A DNA stretch of 64,000 nt from an uncultured delta proteobacterium (GTDB lineage Bacteria; Desulfobacterota; Desulfomonilia; Desulfomonilales; Desulfomonilaceae): positions 448,001 through 512,000 of the forward strand of contig CAWBKB010000007.1 in NCBI GenBank assembly GCA_963789265.1. Reading direction: 5' to 3'. Numbering within the stretch: position 1 is the first letter of the stretch; each line of letters starts with the position of its first letter. The position numbers and the translations under genes are program-made. The notes under the pieces were generated by a model. It had not been told where the DNA came from, did not search any database, and was given only the letters and a program-made list of their open reading frames with translations. This document shows, piece after piece, positions 1-9,472 of the stretch.

Positions 1-362
1 TTGGGGATTTCCGCGGGGCAGTCGTCCACACACTTACTTGTAGCGGTGCGGTCCTCCACATACCTAGGTGAAACCCTGATGGTTGCGGTATAGTTGCCCG
101 GTTTTCCAGTAATATTTTCTACTTCCGACAAGGTATACACGGCAATATCGGGATTCCTTCTTATTCTTCTGAAATTGATTTCCAGGCCGCATGTGGGAGG
201 ACACAGCTTCGGAAAATACTTGTTCATCCGGGCTACCCGGCCTCCGAGATAGGGCAACTTTTCGACCAGGATCGCCTTGCAGCCGGCTTCCGCGGCTTCA
301 ACCGCGGCCGTAATACCGCTAATACCGCCCCCGACGACCAGTACGGTTTTGTTTCCAGCCAT
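1..362 (-). CDS. qmoA: QmoA (HdrA-like FAD subunit), 5' part; runs off the window edge
   Basis: Manual translation from ATG at 362: MAGNKTVLVVGGGISGITAAVEAAEAGCKAILVEKLPYLGGRVARMNKYFPKLCPPTCGLEINFRRI. Shows the GxGxxG FAD motif and the KYFPKLCPPxCG signature; lies directly downstream of aprA. Not in the ORF track. Confidence 0.92.
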   Translation of the reverse strand, partial: MAGNKTVLVVGGGISGITAAVEAAEAGCKAILVEKLPYLGGRVARMNKYFPKLCPPTCGLEINFRRIRRNPDIAVYTLSEVENITGKPGNYTATIRVSPRYVEDRTATSKCVDDCPAEIP

Positions 363-384
363 GCTTCCTCCCTGAAAAGGACTA

Positions 385-410
385 TGAGGGGGCAAAAAAA
401 TGCCCCCTCA
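385..410. terminator. GC-rich hairpin between aprA and qmoA
   Basis: tgagggggca-aaaaaa-tgccccctca, perfect 10-bp inverted repeat. Confidence 0.5.
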
Positions 411-429
411 TCAGCTTGTGTCGCAATCG

Positions 430-466
430 AACAAAACTCCGGGCACCTCAAGAAGCACCCGGAGTT
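430..466 (-). terminator. Probable intrinsic terminator/attenuator after aprA
   Basis: aactccggg...cccggagtt stem followed by a T-rich tail on the - strand. Confidence 0.6.
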
Positions 467-487
467 CTGAAGGTTAGTCGTTATTAG

Positions 488-2362
488 TTAAACTATGGTA
501 ATAACAGGAACTTTCTTCATTTCCCATTCGCCGTTCTTGTAAGTGGCGTTTGCGAACACCTTCCAGTTGGCCTCATCCATCGTCGGGAAATCGTTCCGGA
601 AGTAGTAGCCCGGCCAGCGGGTCTCTTCGCGGAAGAGAATCGTCCTGACGTGGACTTCCGCCTGCCACATTCTCTGGATGTTCTCATGGCAGCGCATCAG
701 CTCGTGCAGGCTCGAAGCAGCCAGCTTGTCGGAGTCTTCGTTGAGCCAGTTAAGGAGTTCAAGCGCCCTTTCCAGCTTCGGCTTGTTGGTCTTGAAGCCG
801 GCGGTGACCCCTGCCGCGTACTCGTCCATAATCTTCTGCAGACGGAACATGAACATCTTGGGTTTCATGAACTCCGGGTTGATGTCCGGATCGCTGGATT
901 TGGCTGCATGCTCGGTATATAGGTCCAGAGGCTTCAAGATCTGCTTCTTCAACGCCTCTACTTTAGCCGCGTCGACGTTCGGCAGGTTGTTATTGTCGAG
1001 CACGAAACGTACTATCGACTTACCGGCCGCACGACCTTCAGCATGAGATCCCGAAGAGAACTTATGGCTGGATGCGCCGGACGCGTCACCCGCGGAGAAG
1101 AGACCCTTCACTGTGGACATATATTCATAGCCCCAGAAGTACTCTTTTGGAGCCAGATCTTTGGGACCGCTCACCCACGCACCGGAGGCACCGGAGTGTG
1201 AACCGATGAAGTAAGGCTCAGAGGCTGCGATCTCGGAGGACTTCTCCTCGGGCTGGACGTTGGTGCCGGCCCAGAGAATGGCCTGGGCAATGGTCATGTC
1301 GAGGAAGTCTTCCCATGCCTCGGTTTCGAGTTCCTTCATCTTCTTCTTGTAAGCCTTCGGATCATCCTTGAGGGCCTCTGCGATCTTCTGAATGGCTTCT
1401 TCCGTTCTCATGTAGATCGGACCCTTGCCCTCGAACTCATCGAGCATGCCCAAGTAGTTACGCAAGTTGGCTGGGATCGGCTTCACTTTGCCGTAGGAGC
1501 CCCAGTTGTCCAACTCTGCCTTGCGCTCCACCATGTACTCGCCGCCGAACGCGTTGGTCGCACGGGACTTGAACAGGAGGAACCACGCGCCGACCGGGCC
1601 GTAACCGTCTTTGAAGCGGACGGGGATGAAACGCACTTCCTGGCAGGTCAGCTCCGCGCCGGCCATAAGGGTGAAGTACGTGCTGGAGCCCGAGTTCCAC
1701 GGCGGATACCACGCACGGCCAAGACCTTCACCTACGCTTCTCGGCTTGAATACGTGAACCGCGCCGCCCATGGCCGCGAGGACAGCTTTGGCCTTGAACA
1801 CGTAGAATTTTTCTTCACGAGTGCTGAAACCGACGGCGCCGGCAATGCGGTCCCCGTCCATGAGGGGAGTAGTGATGAAAACGCGCTCAAAGTACTCACC
1901 GCCGCGCTGGCTGAGAGCAGTCTTGGCCGCCTCGGCCACGATGACTTTGTAGGACTCGCCGTTGATCATGAGCTGCCAACGACCCTCATGAACAAAGTTG
2001 CCCTGCTCGTCCTTCCAGATGGGAAGACCCCATTTTTCAAAGAGATGAACAGAAGAGTCCACGTGACGGGCAATGTCATAGACCAGGTCTTCACGGGTGA
2101 TGCCCATGAGGTCGTTACGGACGTAGTTGACGTAGTCAACAACCGTGTTGTTGCCGCTGTTGATGTCCACGTACTCGTTGATGGCCGAAAGGCCCATGGC
2201 TACTGCGCCGGAACGGTCCATGGCAGCCTTATCCACCAAGGTGACCTTCAGACCGTTCTTGTTGGCCCAATAGGAGGCCTCGACTGCTGCGCCGCATGCC
2301 GCCATACCGCCGCCGCAGATCAGAATATCAGTGGTTACTTCGACGGTTTCAAAATTCGCCAT
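488..2362 (-). CDS. aprA: Adenylylsulfate reductase alpha subunit
   Basis: Motifs DRSGAVAMGLSAIN, WQLMINGESYK, GRAWYPPWNSGS, HKFSSGSHAEG, REETRWPGYY; 624 aa. Confidence 0.98.
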   Translation of the reverse strand: MANFETVEVTTDILICGGGMAACGAAVEASYWANKNGLKVTLVDKAAMDRSGAVAMGLSAINEYVDINSGNNTVVDYVNYVRNDLMGITREDLVYDIARHVDSSVHLFEKWGLPIWKDEQGNFVHEGRWQLMINGESYKVIVAEAAKTALSQRGGEYFERVFITTPLMDGDRIAGAVGFSTREEKFYVFKAKAVLAAMGGAVHVFKPRSVGEGLGRAWYPPWNSGSSTYFTLMAGAELTCQEVRFIPVRFKDGYGPVGAWFLLFKSRATNAFGGEYMVERKAELDNWGSYGKVKPIPANLRNYLGMLDEFEGKGPIYMRTEEAIQKIAEALKDDPKAYKKKMKELETEAWEDFLDMTIAQAILWAGTNVQPEEKSSEIAASEPYFIGSHSGASGAWVSGPKDLAPKEYFWGYEYMSTVKGLFSAGDASGASSHKFSSGSHAEGRAAGKSIVRFVLDNNNLPNVDAAKVEALKKQILKPLDLYTEHAAKSSDPDINPEFMKPKMFMFRLQKIMDEYAAGVTAGFKTNKPKLERALELLNWLNEDSDKLAASSLHELMRCHENIQRMWQAEVHVRTILFREETRWPGYYFRNDFPTMDEANWKVFANATYKNGEWEMKKVPVITIV

Positions 2363-2382
2363 ATCTTGGTACCTCCTAATGA

Positions 2383-2826
2383 TTACTTCTTAATTGTAGG
2401 CAGCTCTTTGAGCCGCAGAGCCTCAGGCTCATTGTACAGGCACTGGCTGGCCAGGTCTGTGGTGACTTCACCAAACCCGCCATCAGGCTTGACCTGACCT
2501 TCTGGAACCTTTCGGATGGGGAATTTGAACCGCTTCACCTGGCCGCTGCGGAACTTGACCGTCCACATGATGTCTTCGGAACCCCTCAGGGGCACCACCG
2601 ACGCTCCCATCGGAACGAAGTCGGCATAACCTCTGACGTCTATCGCCTGCTGCGGGCAAATTTTCACGCAGTTGTAGCACTCCCAGCACATTTCGGGTTC
2701 CATGTTCCAGGCTTTCATTTTTTCTTTGTCCAGAACCATCAAGTCATTAGGGCAGATGTACATGCAAGCGGTCTTGTCCTGGCCCTTGCATCCATCACAT
2801 TTTTCCATGATAACGAAACTTGGCAT
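2383..2826 (-). CDS. aprB: Adenylylsulfate reductase beta subunit (2x[4Fe-4S])
   Basis: MPSFV..KCDGCKGQDKTACMYICPNDLM and CWECYNCVKICPQQAI; SD aggagg upstream. Confidence 0.98.
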   Translation of the reverse strand: MPSFVIMEKCDGCKGQDKTACMYICPNDLMVLDKEKMKAWNMEPEMCWECYNCVKICPQQAIDVRGYADFVPMGASVVPLRGSEDIMWTVKFRSGQVKRFKFPIRKVPEGQVKPDGGFGEVTTDLASQCLYNEPEALRLKELPTIKK

Positions 2827-3197
2827 GAACCAACCTCCTAGTTAGTTTGAGCTTTTTTAGAGTCGTGTAACTCCTGTTGTTACGCGGCGCGTACGGCCGC
2901 CGAGTCTGTGAAGGCTCCTCCTTTCTATACGTGGTCGCTGCAGCCCCACAGGTAATGTTCATGGCGTGGGAGACGTTCACCAGCCAGCCCGGTATTTGCG
3001 TTCCTGTCGCGTTCCTCCCCCACCATCGGAACGATTTTCGCGCAGTGTCGGGTACGAAAAAGGGGCCGCAATCGCATAGACCTTCCAACAAAACTCTCAG
3101 AATTCCAACCTATCACGGAGATTTACAATATTCTGCAGTATTAAACCGGAGGTCCGGCGCAACCCCCAGCACCGCCGAAGCAGCTAAGGAATAAGGG

Positions 3198-3226
3198 ATT
3201 CAATCAAATCTTGGTCTGGTTGTCAA
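3198..3226 (-). promoter_or_regulatory. Candidate sigma-70 promoter for aprBA
   Basis: - strand TTGACA-17 nt-TTGAAT (weak -10), about 370 nt upstream of aprB. Confidence 0.4.
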
Positions 3227-3345
3227 GATTTTTTTCAGTGGAGAAGCCGTGAACTTGTTACTCCCTCCGCAGGGAACGCTCTTGCCACGAAAAGCGCCGT
3301 ATGCTAGTTTAATAAGTTCAGATTCGGGCGGCAAAAGGAACTCAA

Positions 3346-4314
3346 ATGACCCATCCGGGAAGAAACGATCCATGCCCATGCGGGAGTGGACTAAAATACA
3401 AGAAATGCTGCCTCGCCGGAGAAGCCACTAAACACGATCCGGACGGAGTTCAGGGCCTGCGGGCAAAGGCCTTCAAGAATATGTCCGAGCAAAAATGGAT
3501 GGAAGCCATAGAGGGATTCAAATCTATCCTGGACCGAGTCTCGGACCCGCATGCCGCGCTCGATGCGATCGCCGCCTGTTATGACGGTCTCGAGAATTAT
3601 CTCATGGCTGCGGAATTCTACGAGAAGGCTCTCGCTGTGTGTCCGGAATCACGAAGCTTCGACCTGCATTACCGGCTCGGCGTCTCCAGAGCCTGCGCGG
3701 AACGTATTGAAAAAGCTATCGATGCCTTTCAGCACTGCCTGGCGCTTCAAAGCGACACGGCATACGAACAGCGGTTGCTCGGTATACTTGAAGATCTGAA
3801 CGCGATTCTCCGGGATGAGAAGCCTCGTAGCCTTTTCCGTGTGCAAGTCCAGCTTCAGCGCGCATTTTCGGACATGGACGACAAAAATTATGAGTCCGCG
3901 GCTGCCCGACTCGAACGTATTGCCACGGATGACCCTCAAAATCCGGCGATCTTTTACAATCTCGGAGTTGCCAACTTTTTCCTAAAGAGAGAGGAAGAAG
4001 CAATTACTGAATTTGAAAGATGTGTCGCACTGAATTCCGGTTATGTTGAAGCTTGGTACAATATGGGACAAATTTATATGCTGAAACAGAAGGACTTTTC
4101 TCGAGCCCTCCACTGCTTTGACCGGGCTGCAGCAATCCGCCCGGATTACATAGGCGCACACCACCAGCGTGGGGTCGCGTACGAGCTACTTGGCAACCCT
4201 GTGAGAGCGCTGAAATGCTGGGAAAGAACGTTGGAATTGGACCCTGAGAACAAGCAGGCCAGAGAGAATATCAAGAGATTGGGCGACTCCATTGCAAACC
4301 AGCCTTGCCGGTGA
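3346..4314 (+). CDS. SEC-C motif + TPR repeat protein
   Basis: N-terminal GRNDPCPCGSGLKYKKCC followed by several TPRs (FYNLGVA, WYNMGQIY, HHQRGVAY). Confidence 0.9.
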   Translation: MTHPGRNDPCPCGSGLKYKKCCLAGEATKHDPDGVQGLRAKAFKNMSEQKWMEAIEGFKSILDRVSDPHAALDAIAACYDGLENYLMAAEFYEKALAVCPESRSFDLHYRLGVSRACAERIEKAIDAFQHCLALQSDTAYEQRLLGILEDLNAILRDEKPRSLFRVQVQLQRAFSDMDDKNYESAAARLERIATDDPQNPAIFYNLGVANFFLKREEEAITEFERCVALNSGYVEAWYNMGQIYMLKQKDFSRALHCFDRAAAIRPDYIGAHHQRGVAYELLGNPVRALKCWERTLELDPENKQARENIKRLGDSIANQPCR

Positions 4315-4333
4315 GCGCCCTTGAAAGGACTGA

Positions 4334-5119
4334 TTGATGAAACTAAAAACCTCCCCATGTGAGCTCGAGCGCTTAATGACCTGGGATGACTCCTTCTCTT
4401 TTCGGTGTCATCCGGCTATTGACTGCTTCAACTCATGTTGCAAAGACGTGACTATATTTCTTACCTCCCTAGATGTCATCAGGCTTAGAAAAGCGCTGGA
4501 GATATCTTCCACCAATTTTCTCGAGACACATACCCATCGGCTGATCTCTCAGACCACGGGTCTGCCCGCTGTAGCCCTCAAAATGAGTCAGGATGAGGCG
4601 AAAACCTGTCCGTTTGTGAGCGCGACAGGTTGCTCCGTTTACAACGATCGGCCTTATTCCTGCCGACTCTACCCCCTGGACACCGAGCAAGGAGTGGAAT
4701 ATAAATTCGTTGTGGACGAAGGCGTGTGCCACGGGCTAAGAGAATCCCGAGAATGGACGGTCGAGACGTGGAGAAAGGATCAGGGCCTTTATGCGTACGA
4801 CGATCTCGATCACCAGCTCAAGGATGTAATGGCCGCAGATCAGGTTTTGGAAAGCAAGATTCAGGATCCGAGAATGCAGGACATGTGTCTCATGACTTTG
4901 TACGATCCTGACCGGTTTCGAGAGTTCATATTTAAGAGCAGCTTTCTTCAGAAGTTCCACGTGGATGATGACATAATGGAGAAGATAAGGGACGACGACG
5001 TCGCTCTTCTGTATTTTGCAAGCCAGTGGCTCCGTTTTGCTCTATTTGGCCAAAAAGGATTCCTGAAAATCGATCGCGATTACCTTGAACTTAAGAAACG
5101 AGAAGTTCTGGGCGGATGA
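4334..5119 (+). CDS. YkgJ-family cysteine-cluster protein
   Basis: FRCHPAIDCFNSCC ... CPFV..GCSVYNDRPYSCRLYPL ... CHG. Confidence 0.88.
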   Translation: MMKLKTSPCELERLMTWDDSFSFRCHPAIDCFNSCCKDVTIFLTSLDVIRLRKALEISSTNFLETHTHRLISQTTGLPAVALKMSQDEAKTCPFVSATGCSVYNDRPYSCRLYPLDTEQGVEYKFVVDEGVCHGLRESREWTVETWRKDQGLYAYDDLDHQLKDVMAADQVLESKIQDPRMQDMCLMTLYDPDRFREFIFKSSFLQKFHVDDDIMEKIRDDDVALLYFASQWLRFALFGQKGFLKIDRDYLELKKREVLGG

Positions 5120-6558
5120 AGGCAGGAAAGATGAAACGATTTGCATGGTTCGTAGTGGCGCTCCTACTAAGCGTGATGGTTGGAAGCGCACTGGCCGCGG
5201 AATCGGCCATCGACAGACACATTAAAGATCTTAAAAGTGATAAGCCCGAAGTTCGAGCCAAGGCGGCTTTCGACCTGGGATGCGGCTGACACAAGTCGCC
5301 GAGGGCGGTTCCGCCTCTCATTGAAGCTCTGAAAGACCCGGACGCCAAAGTGCGCAGCGCCGCTACCGAATCACTCGGCTTTTTCTCGAGTCAGGCTTCA
5401 CAGATAATCCCCAAGGTGCTGGAACGCTTATCCGATGATAAAGTAGAAGTTCGACGAGCGGCAATTCAGTCGCTAGGACGACTCGGCAAGGGGAACCACA
5501 ACGTGGAGCAGGCCCTCCGCAAGTTCCTTGACGATCCGGACACGCTTACCAAGCTCAACACTATAATCGCACTCGCATCAGTGGGTAAAGTGGATGATTC
5601 GGTTATTCCCACGTTGCTCACGGCCATTAGCAATAAAGATCGGACAACTGCCAAAGCCGCCGGGCGTGTGCTGAGTCAGCTAGCTCCCGCCAAGCCGGAC
5701 AAGGTTCTACCCGGACTTACCGAGTTGCTGGACAAGAACCAGGAGCCTGGGGTCTCTAACGCATTGAAAGTATTGCGGTTTATGAAGGCGGCGGGATCAC
5801 CGGCTTTGCCCAAGATATCCACCTTGTATGATAAGGCGGACGCTCATGTTCGTTTGGAAATTTTGGGAGCTCTTTCCTCCATTGACAGTAAAGGGGATCA
5901 GGCCCTCCCTGTGCTCATTAAGGCGCTCAAGGCCCACGATATCATGGTTAAGAAAGAAGCGCTCCTCGGGGTTATACGATATAGATCCAAAGCGGATCTG
6001 TTTCTGGAACCTCTGGCCGAATCCATGAAGACAGGAGAATTGGAGAATCGCCTGTTGGCCATCGGTATCGTCCGGGGGCTGGGGCAACAAGGCTTAAAGG
6101 CGGTGCCGACGTTGATAGCCCTGACAGACGACCCGAATGTGCGTGTTCGCTCGGCCGCGATTGGCGCTCTTGCCGGTTTCAGGCCTGCACCGCCGGAAGT
6201 CCTCGAAACACTCGGCCGCAAGCTTAAAGACTTTCAGCCCGCTGTGAGGCTGGCTGCCGTGGGCGCGCTACGACAAAACGGCTACAAATATCCTGAAAAG
6301 GTGGCTGGACTATTGGAATCAGCACTGAAAGACGAAAAGAATGAGTTCACTCGACGTGCAATGGCGGCAACACTAGCCGGCATCAGGAAGGTGAAGCCGA
6401 GTACCGCTGCTGCACAATCGACGACGTCGGAAAACGTGAAGCCGAGTACCAACACCGACAAGGCGAAATCGGCCAAGTCGGAAAACTTGAAGCCGGGCAC
6501 CGCTACGGCAGAATCATCGAAATCGGACAAGGATAATCCCAAACAGGTGACCAAATAG
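5116..6558 (+). CDS. Exported HEAT-repeat protein with in-frame UGA at 5287-5289 (candidate selenoprotein)
   Basis: ATG 5116 overlaps the upstream stop (ATGA); alternative ATG 5131. Signal peptide MKRFAWFVVALLLSVMVGSALA. First HEAT repeat continues across the TGA (PEVRAKAAFDLGCG*HKSPRAVPPLIEALKDPDAKVRSAA), in frame with ORF 5350..6558. Confidence 0.8.
5290..5319 (+). promoter_or_regulatory. Bacterial SECIS-like hairpin
   Basis: UGA, 11-nt spacer, then GAG-GGCG-[GUUC]-CGCC-U-CUC: bulged U and an apical loop starting GU. Confidence 0.65.
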
Positions 6559-6656
6559 CCTAACCTTTTCGCAGAACCGGCTAACGGATCCCAGAAGGCG
6601 AGATGGAAAGTGGGAAGCGGAAGCCGATACTCTCCGCTGCCTTTGGTCGCGGGCAT

Positions 6657-7061
6657 TCATAGCCAAAACATTCTTGGCACTTGAAAATCTACGTTGTAGA
6701 ATCTAATCACTTCATCCAGACTGATGCGAAAAACGTGACCCGCGCGCTGTGCTTTGGTCCGAAAGTTACTATTGCGGAACAGAAGTCGCAGGAGTGGAGG
6801 GATTCGAGGTACATCTTTATCGAGAACATTAAAGCAAACGATACAGAAGCGCCGATCAGCTCGTATCTTGTTCCAAAAATGATTGACATTGATGGTTATA
6901 AAGGCTGGATGTCGCTGTCGACAAAGGAGCGACGGAATAGCGTCATCTTTTATTATTGTCGCCGGTCGCAAGTCGTTCACTAGGCGGACTGCACCGTGAT
7001 ACCATTGAGCGATAGTCTGTTCTAGTTGCCGACCTCCTAGTTGCTCGTCGAGTACAATCAC
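6657..7061 (-). CDS. PIN-like (DUF5615/VapC45-type) toxin candidate
   Basis: MIVLDEQL start, I..DD..I and FITIN motifs; translationally coupled to the upstream DUF433 gene. Confidence 0.65.
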   Translation of the reverse strand: MIVLDEQLGGRQLEQTIAQWYHGAVRLVNDLRPATIIKDDAIPSLLCRQRHPAFITINVNHFWNKIRADRRFCIVCFNVLDKDVPRIPPLLRLLFRNSNFRTKAQRAGHVFRISLDEVIRFYNVDFQVPRMFWL

Positions 7062-7351
7062 TAGGCCGCAGCACGCTTGGACAGTTTCTTATTAAGTTTT
7101 TTGCCAAGCTTGCTCGCGATCTGCATTGCTTCAGAGATGGCCTCCCTTGGCACTCGACCGCCATAACCTTCCACAATGTAGTCGACACTCTCTCCGGCAT
7201 CGATCCGTGACAAGGTCCCCGCAACCTCAATCCGTGTATATTTGAAGGTGGGCCGCCCCCCGCAAACGCCCTTGGCGCGCACAACATGCTCTCCTAGCGG
7301 GTAATACTCATAGGGTTCACCGCCCACGATTTCGGTGACCAGTTTTGGCAT
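7061..7351 (-). CDS. DUF433 antitoxin-like protein
   Basis: GVCGGRPTFKYTRIEV..AGESVDYIVEGY signature. Confidence 0.85.
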   Translation of the reverse strand: MPKLVTEIVGGEPYEYYPLGEHVVRAKGVCGGRPTFKYTRIEVAGTLSRIDAGESVDYIVEGYGGRVPREAISEAMQIASKLGKKLNKKLSKRAAA

Positions 7352-7444
7352 GCTGAGCCCCTCCTTGGTCTCTGTCTATTTAACACTAGCTGAGAATTGA
7401 CAGCTTTGTCAACTGCTGCATTGTGCAAGCTGATCTGTCAGCCA

Positions 7445-7486
7445 GCAGGGCGGACCGTTCCCAGCGGCGGCCATGAGCCGCCCTAC
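7445..7486. repeat. REP-like palindrome
   Basis: gcagggcgg...ggcggccatgagccgccctac. Confidence 0.5.
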
Positions 7487-7567
7487 CCAAGCTAACTCAA
7501 CCACCGACGTCAGATAGCGCGTACAGGGAGGAGTATGGTAACCGATGCACCGGAGAATGGTGCATCT

Positions 7568-9472
7568 TCAAATATCCAGCTCCTGCACTTCTTGCGCATG
7601 CTCTTTGATAAAAGAGAATCGCTTCCTGACGTCTTTACCCATTAACGTATCAAATATCTCATTGGTCTTTTCGTCATCGTCCACGCGGATTCTCAGGATA
7701 GTACGGGTGGATGGATCCATGGTCGTGCTTTTCAATGTTTCCGAATCCATCTCGCCAAGACCTTTGAATCTTTGAATTTCTATCTCCTTGCCGTTTTTTT
7801 GCTTCAGAAGCTTCTCCTTTTCTTCATCTGAAAAAACGTACCGAATAGCTGCTCTTTTACCCGATCCTATCCGAATCTTGTACAGAGGTGGCACGGCCAG
7901 GAATACATGGCCTCGTCGCACCAATTCGGGGAGGAAACGGTAGAAGAATGTGAGCAGCAAAGTGGCAATGTGATGGCCGTCAACGTCGGCATCTGTGTTG
8001 ATGATGACCTTGCCGTATCGCAGTCGGGAATAATTAAATGCGGGGCCGGTCCCGGTTCCGATGCTCTGAACCAGATCCTGGATCTCCCGGTTGGCTTTGA
8101 GTTTTTCCGCGGAGGCCTGCTCGACGTTCAAGATCTTGCCTCGCAGCGGGAGAATGGCTTGGAACCTTCTGTCTCTGGCTTGTTTTGACGAGCCGCCGGC
8201 GCTGTCGCCTTCGACGATAAATAGTTCGGTCCCGTCTCGCGACGTAGATGAACAGTCTGCTAATTTGCCTGGCAGCGTCAGTCGGCGCGTTGCGGCCTTG
8301 CGATTCACCTCATCGCGTGCCGCTCGTGAAGCTGAGCGTGCTTGAGCGGCCAGAACGATGCGATTAGTTACTGCCGCTGCCTGTGTGGGATTTTGGTGGA
8401 GCCAGGTCTCAAAGGCATTTCGAACTACGGGTTCGATTTGCAACGCTGTGCGGCTGTTGAGGCGTTCCTTGGTCTGCCCCTGAAATTCCAGATTCTCATG
8501 AAGGTAAACCGAGAGGATCGCAACAAGGCCTTCGCGCACGTCTTCCGCGGAAACGCTCTTGATCCCTTTCGGAAGGCCGTTGCGCTTCTCGATGTATGTC
8601 CTGAGCGCGCGAGCTATTCCATTCTTGAACCCGGTTTCGTGAGTGCCGCCGGCCGGCGTGGGTATGGAATTGACGAACGATAGTATCCGAGTAGAGGTCT
8701 CGGATGTCCAGGCCATTACAAGTTCCAGCCGCAAATCGTTGTCGTGATGGTAATAAAATGGCTGGGCATCGACCAGAGGACGATCCGTCACCAGCTTTCG
8801 GAGGAAATCCATGATTCCACCCGGATAGACGAAGGTCTCTACTGTCCCTGCCGTCTCATCGCTCAGTCTGATCTTCAGTCCCGCTATGAGAAAAGCTTTG
8901 CTCTCCAGCCGTTCTCGTATCAGATCCTTCGAAAATGCCCTGTCCGGGAAGATCGTGGCATCAGGCAGAAACGTTACCTTAGTCCCCGTGTGTTTCGATT
9001 CTTCCATCTTCCGTAAAGGTGACACGGCTTTTCCGCGTCGGAATTCTTGGATATAGCGCGAGCCGTTACGCCAGACTTCCACGGCAAGTCTTTCGCTCAG
9101 AGCGTTCACCACTGCCGCACCCACTCCATGAAGGCCGCCGGCTACTTTATATGTGTCGTCATCGAATTTTCCACCCGCATGCAGGTTGCAGAAGATAGTC
9201 TCCACCGTGTTCTTTCCGGTGGTCGGGTGTTTTTCCACCGGGATGCCCCGTCCTTGGTCTTCGACCGAGATGCTCCCATCTGAAGTCAGGACCACGTCGA
9301 TGAAAGCACAGTGTCCGTTGAGCGCTTCGTCAACGCTATTGTCCAGGACCTCCCACACTAGCTGATGCAGTCCTTCCCGTCCCGTTCCGCCTATGTACAT
9401 GCCGGGTCGCTTCCGTACCGCCTCGAGCCCTTTCAGTACTTGTATGTCTTTTACCGTATAAGAATCACTCAT
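7568..9472 (-). CDS. parE: Type IIA topoisomerase B subunit, ParE-like
   Basis: GHKL motifs EVLDNSVDE and [32 protein letters not shown]; 634 aa. parE rather than gyrB is inferred from the partner lacking a GyrA-box. Confidence 0.75.
   Translation of the reverse strand: MSDSYTVKDIQVLKGLEAVRKRPGMYIGGTGREGLHQLVWEVLDNSVDEALNGHCAFIDVVLTSDGSISVEDQGRGIPVEKHPTTGKNTVETIFCNLHAGGKFDDDTYKVAGGLHGVGAAVVNALSERLAVEVWRNGSRYIQEFRRGKAVSPLRKMEESKHTGTKVTFLPDATIFPDRAFSKDLIRERLESKAFLIAGLKIRLSDETAGTVETFVYPGGIMDFLRKLVTDRPLVDAQPFYYHHDNDLRLELVMAWTSETSTRILSFVNSIPTPAGGTHETGFKNGIARALRTYIEKRNGLPKGIKSVSAEDVREGLVAILSVYLHENLEFQGQTKERLNSRTALQIEPVVRNAFETWLHQNPTQAAAVTNRIVLAAQARSASRAARDEVNRKAATRRLTLPGKLADCSSTSRDGTELFIVEGDSAGGSSKQARDRRFQAILPLRGKILNVEQASAEKLKANREIQDLVQSIGTGTGPAFNYSRLRYGKVIINTDADVDGHHIATLLLTFFYRFLPELVRRGHVFLAVPPLYKIRIGSGKRAAIRYVFSDEEKEKLLKQKNGKEIEIQRFKGLGEMDSETLKSTTMDPSTRTILRIRVDDDEKTNEIFDTLMGKDVRKRFSFIKEHAQEVQELDI

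Noticed and set aside
4306..4360. Cys-Arg-TGA at the end of the TPR gene as possible Sec
   Set aside because: No SECIS-like hairpin; read-through adds only ~15 codons over the next gene's SD and start.
5350..6558. 402-aa HEAT ORF as a stand-alone gene
   Set aside because: It starts mid-repeat at a GTG without an SD; the upstream in-frame signal peptide explains it better.
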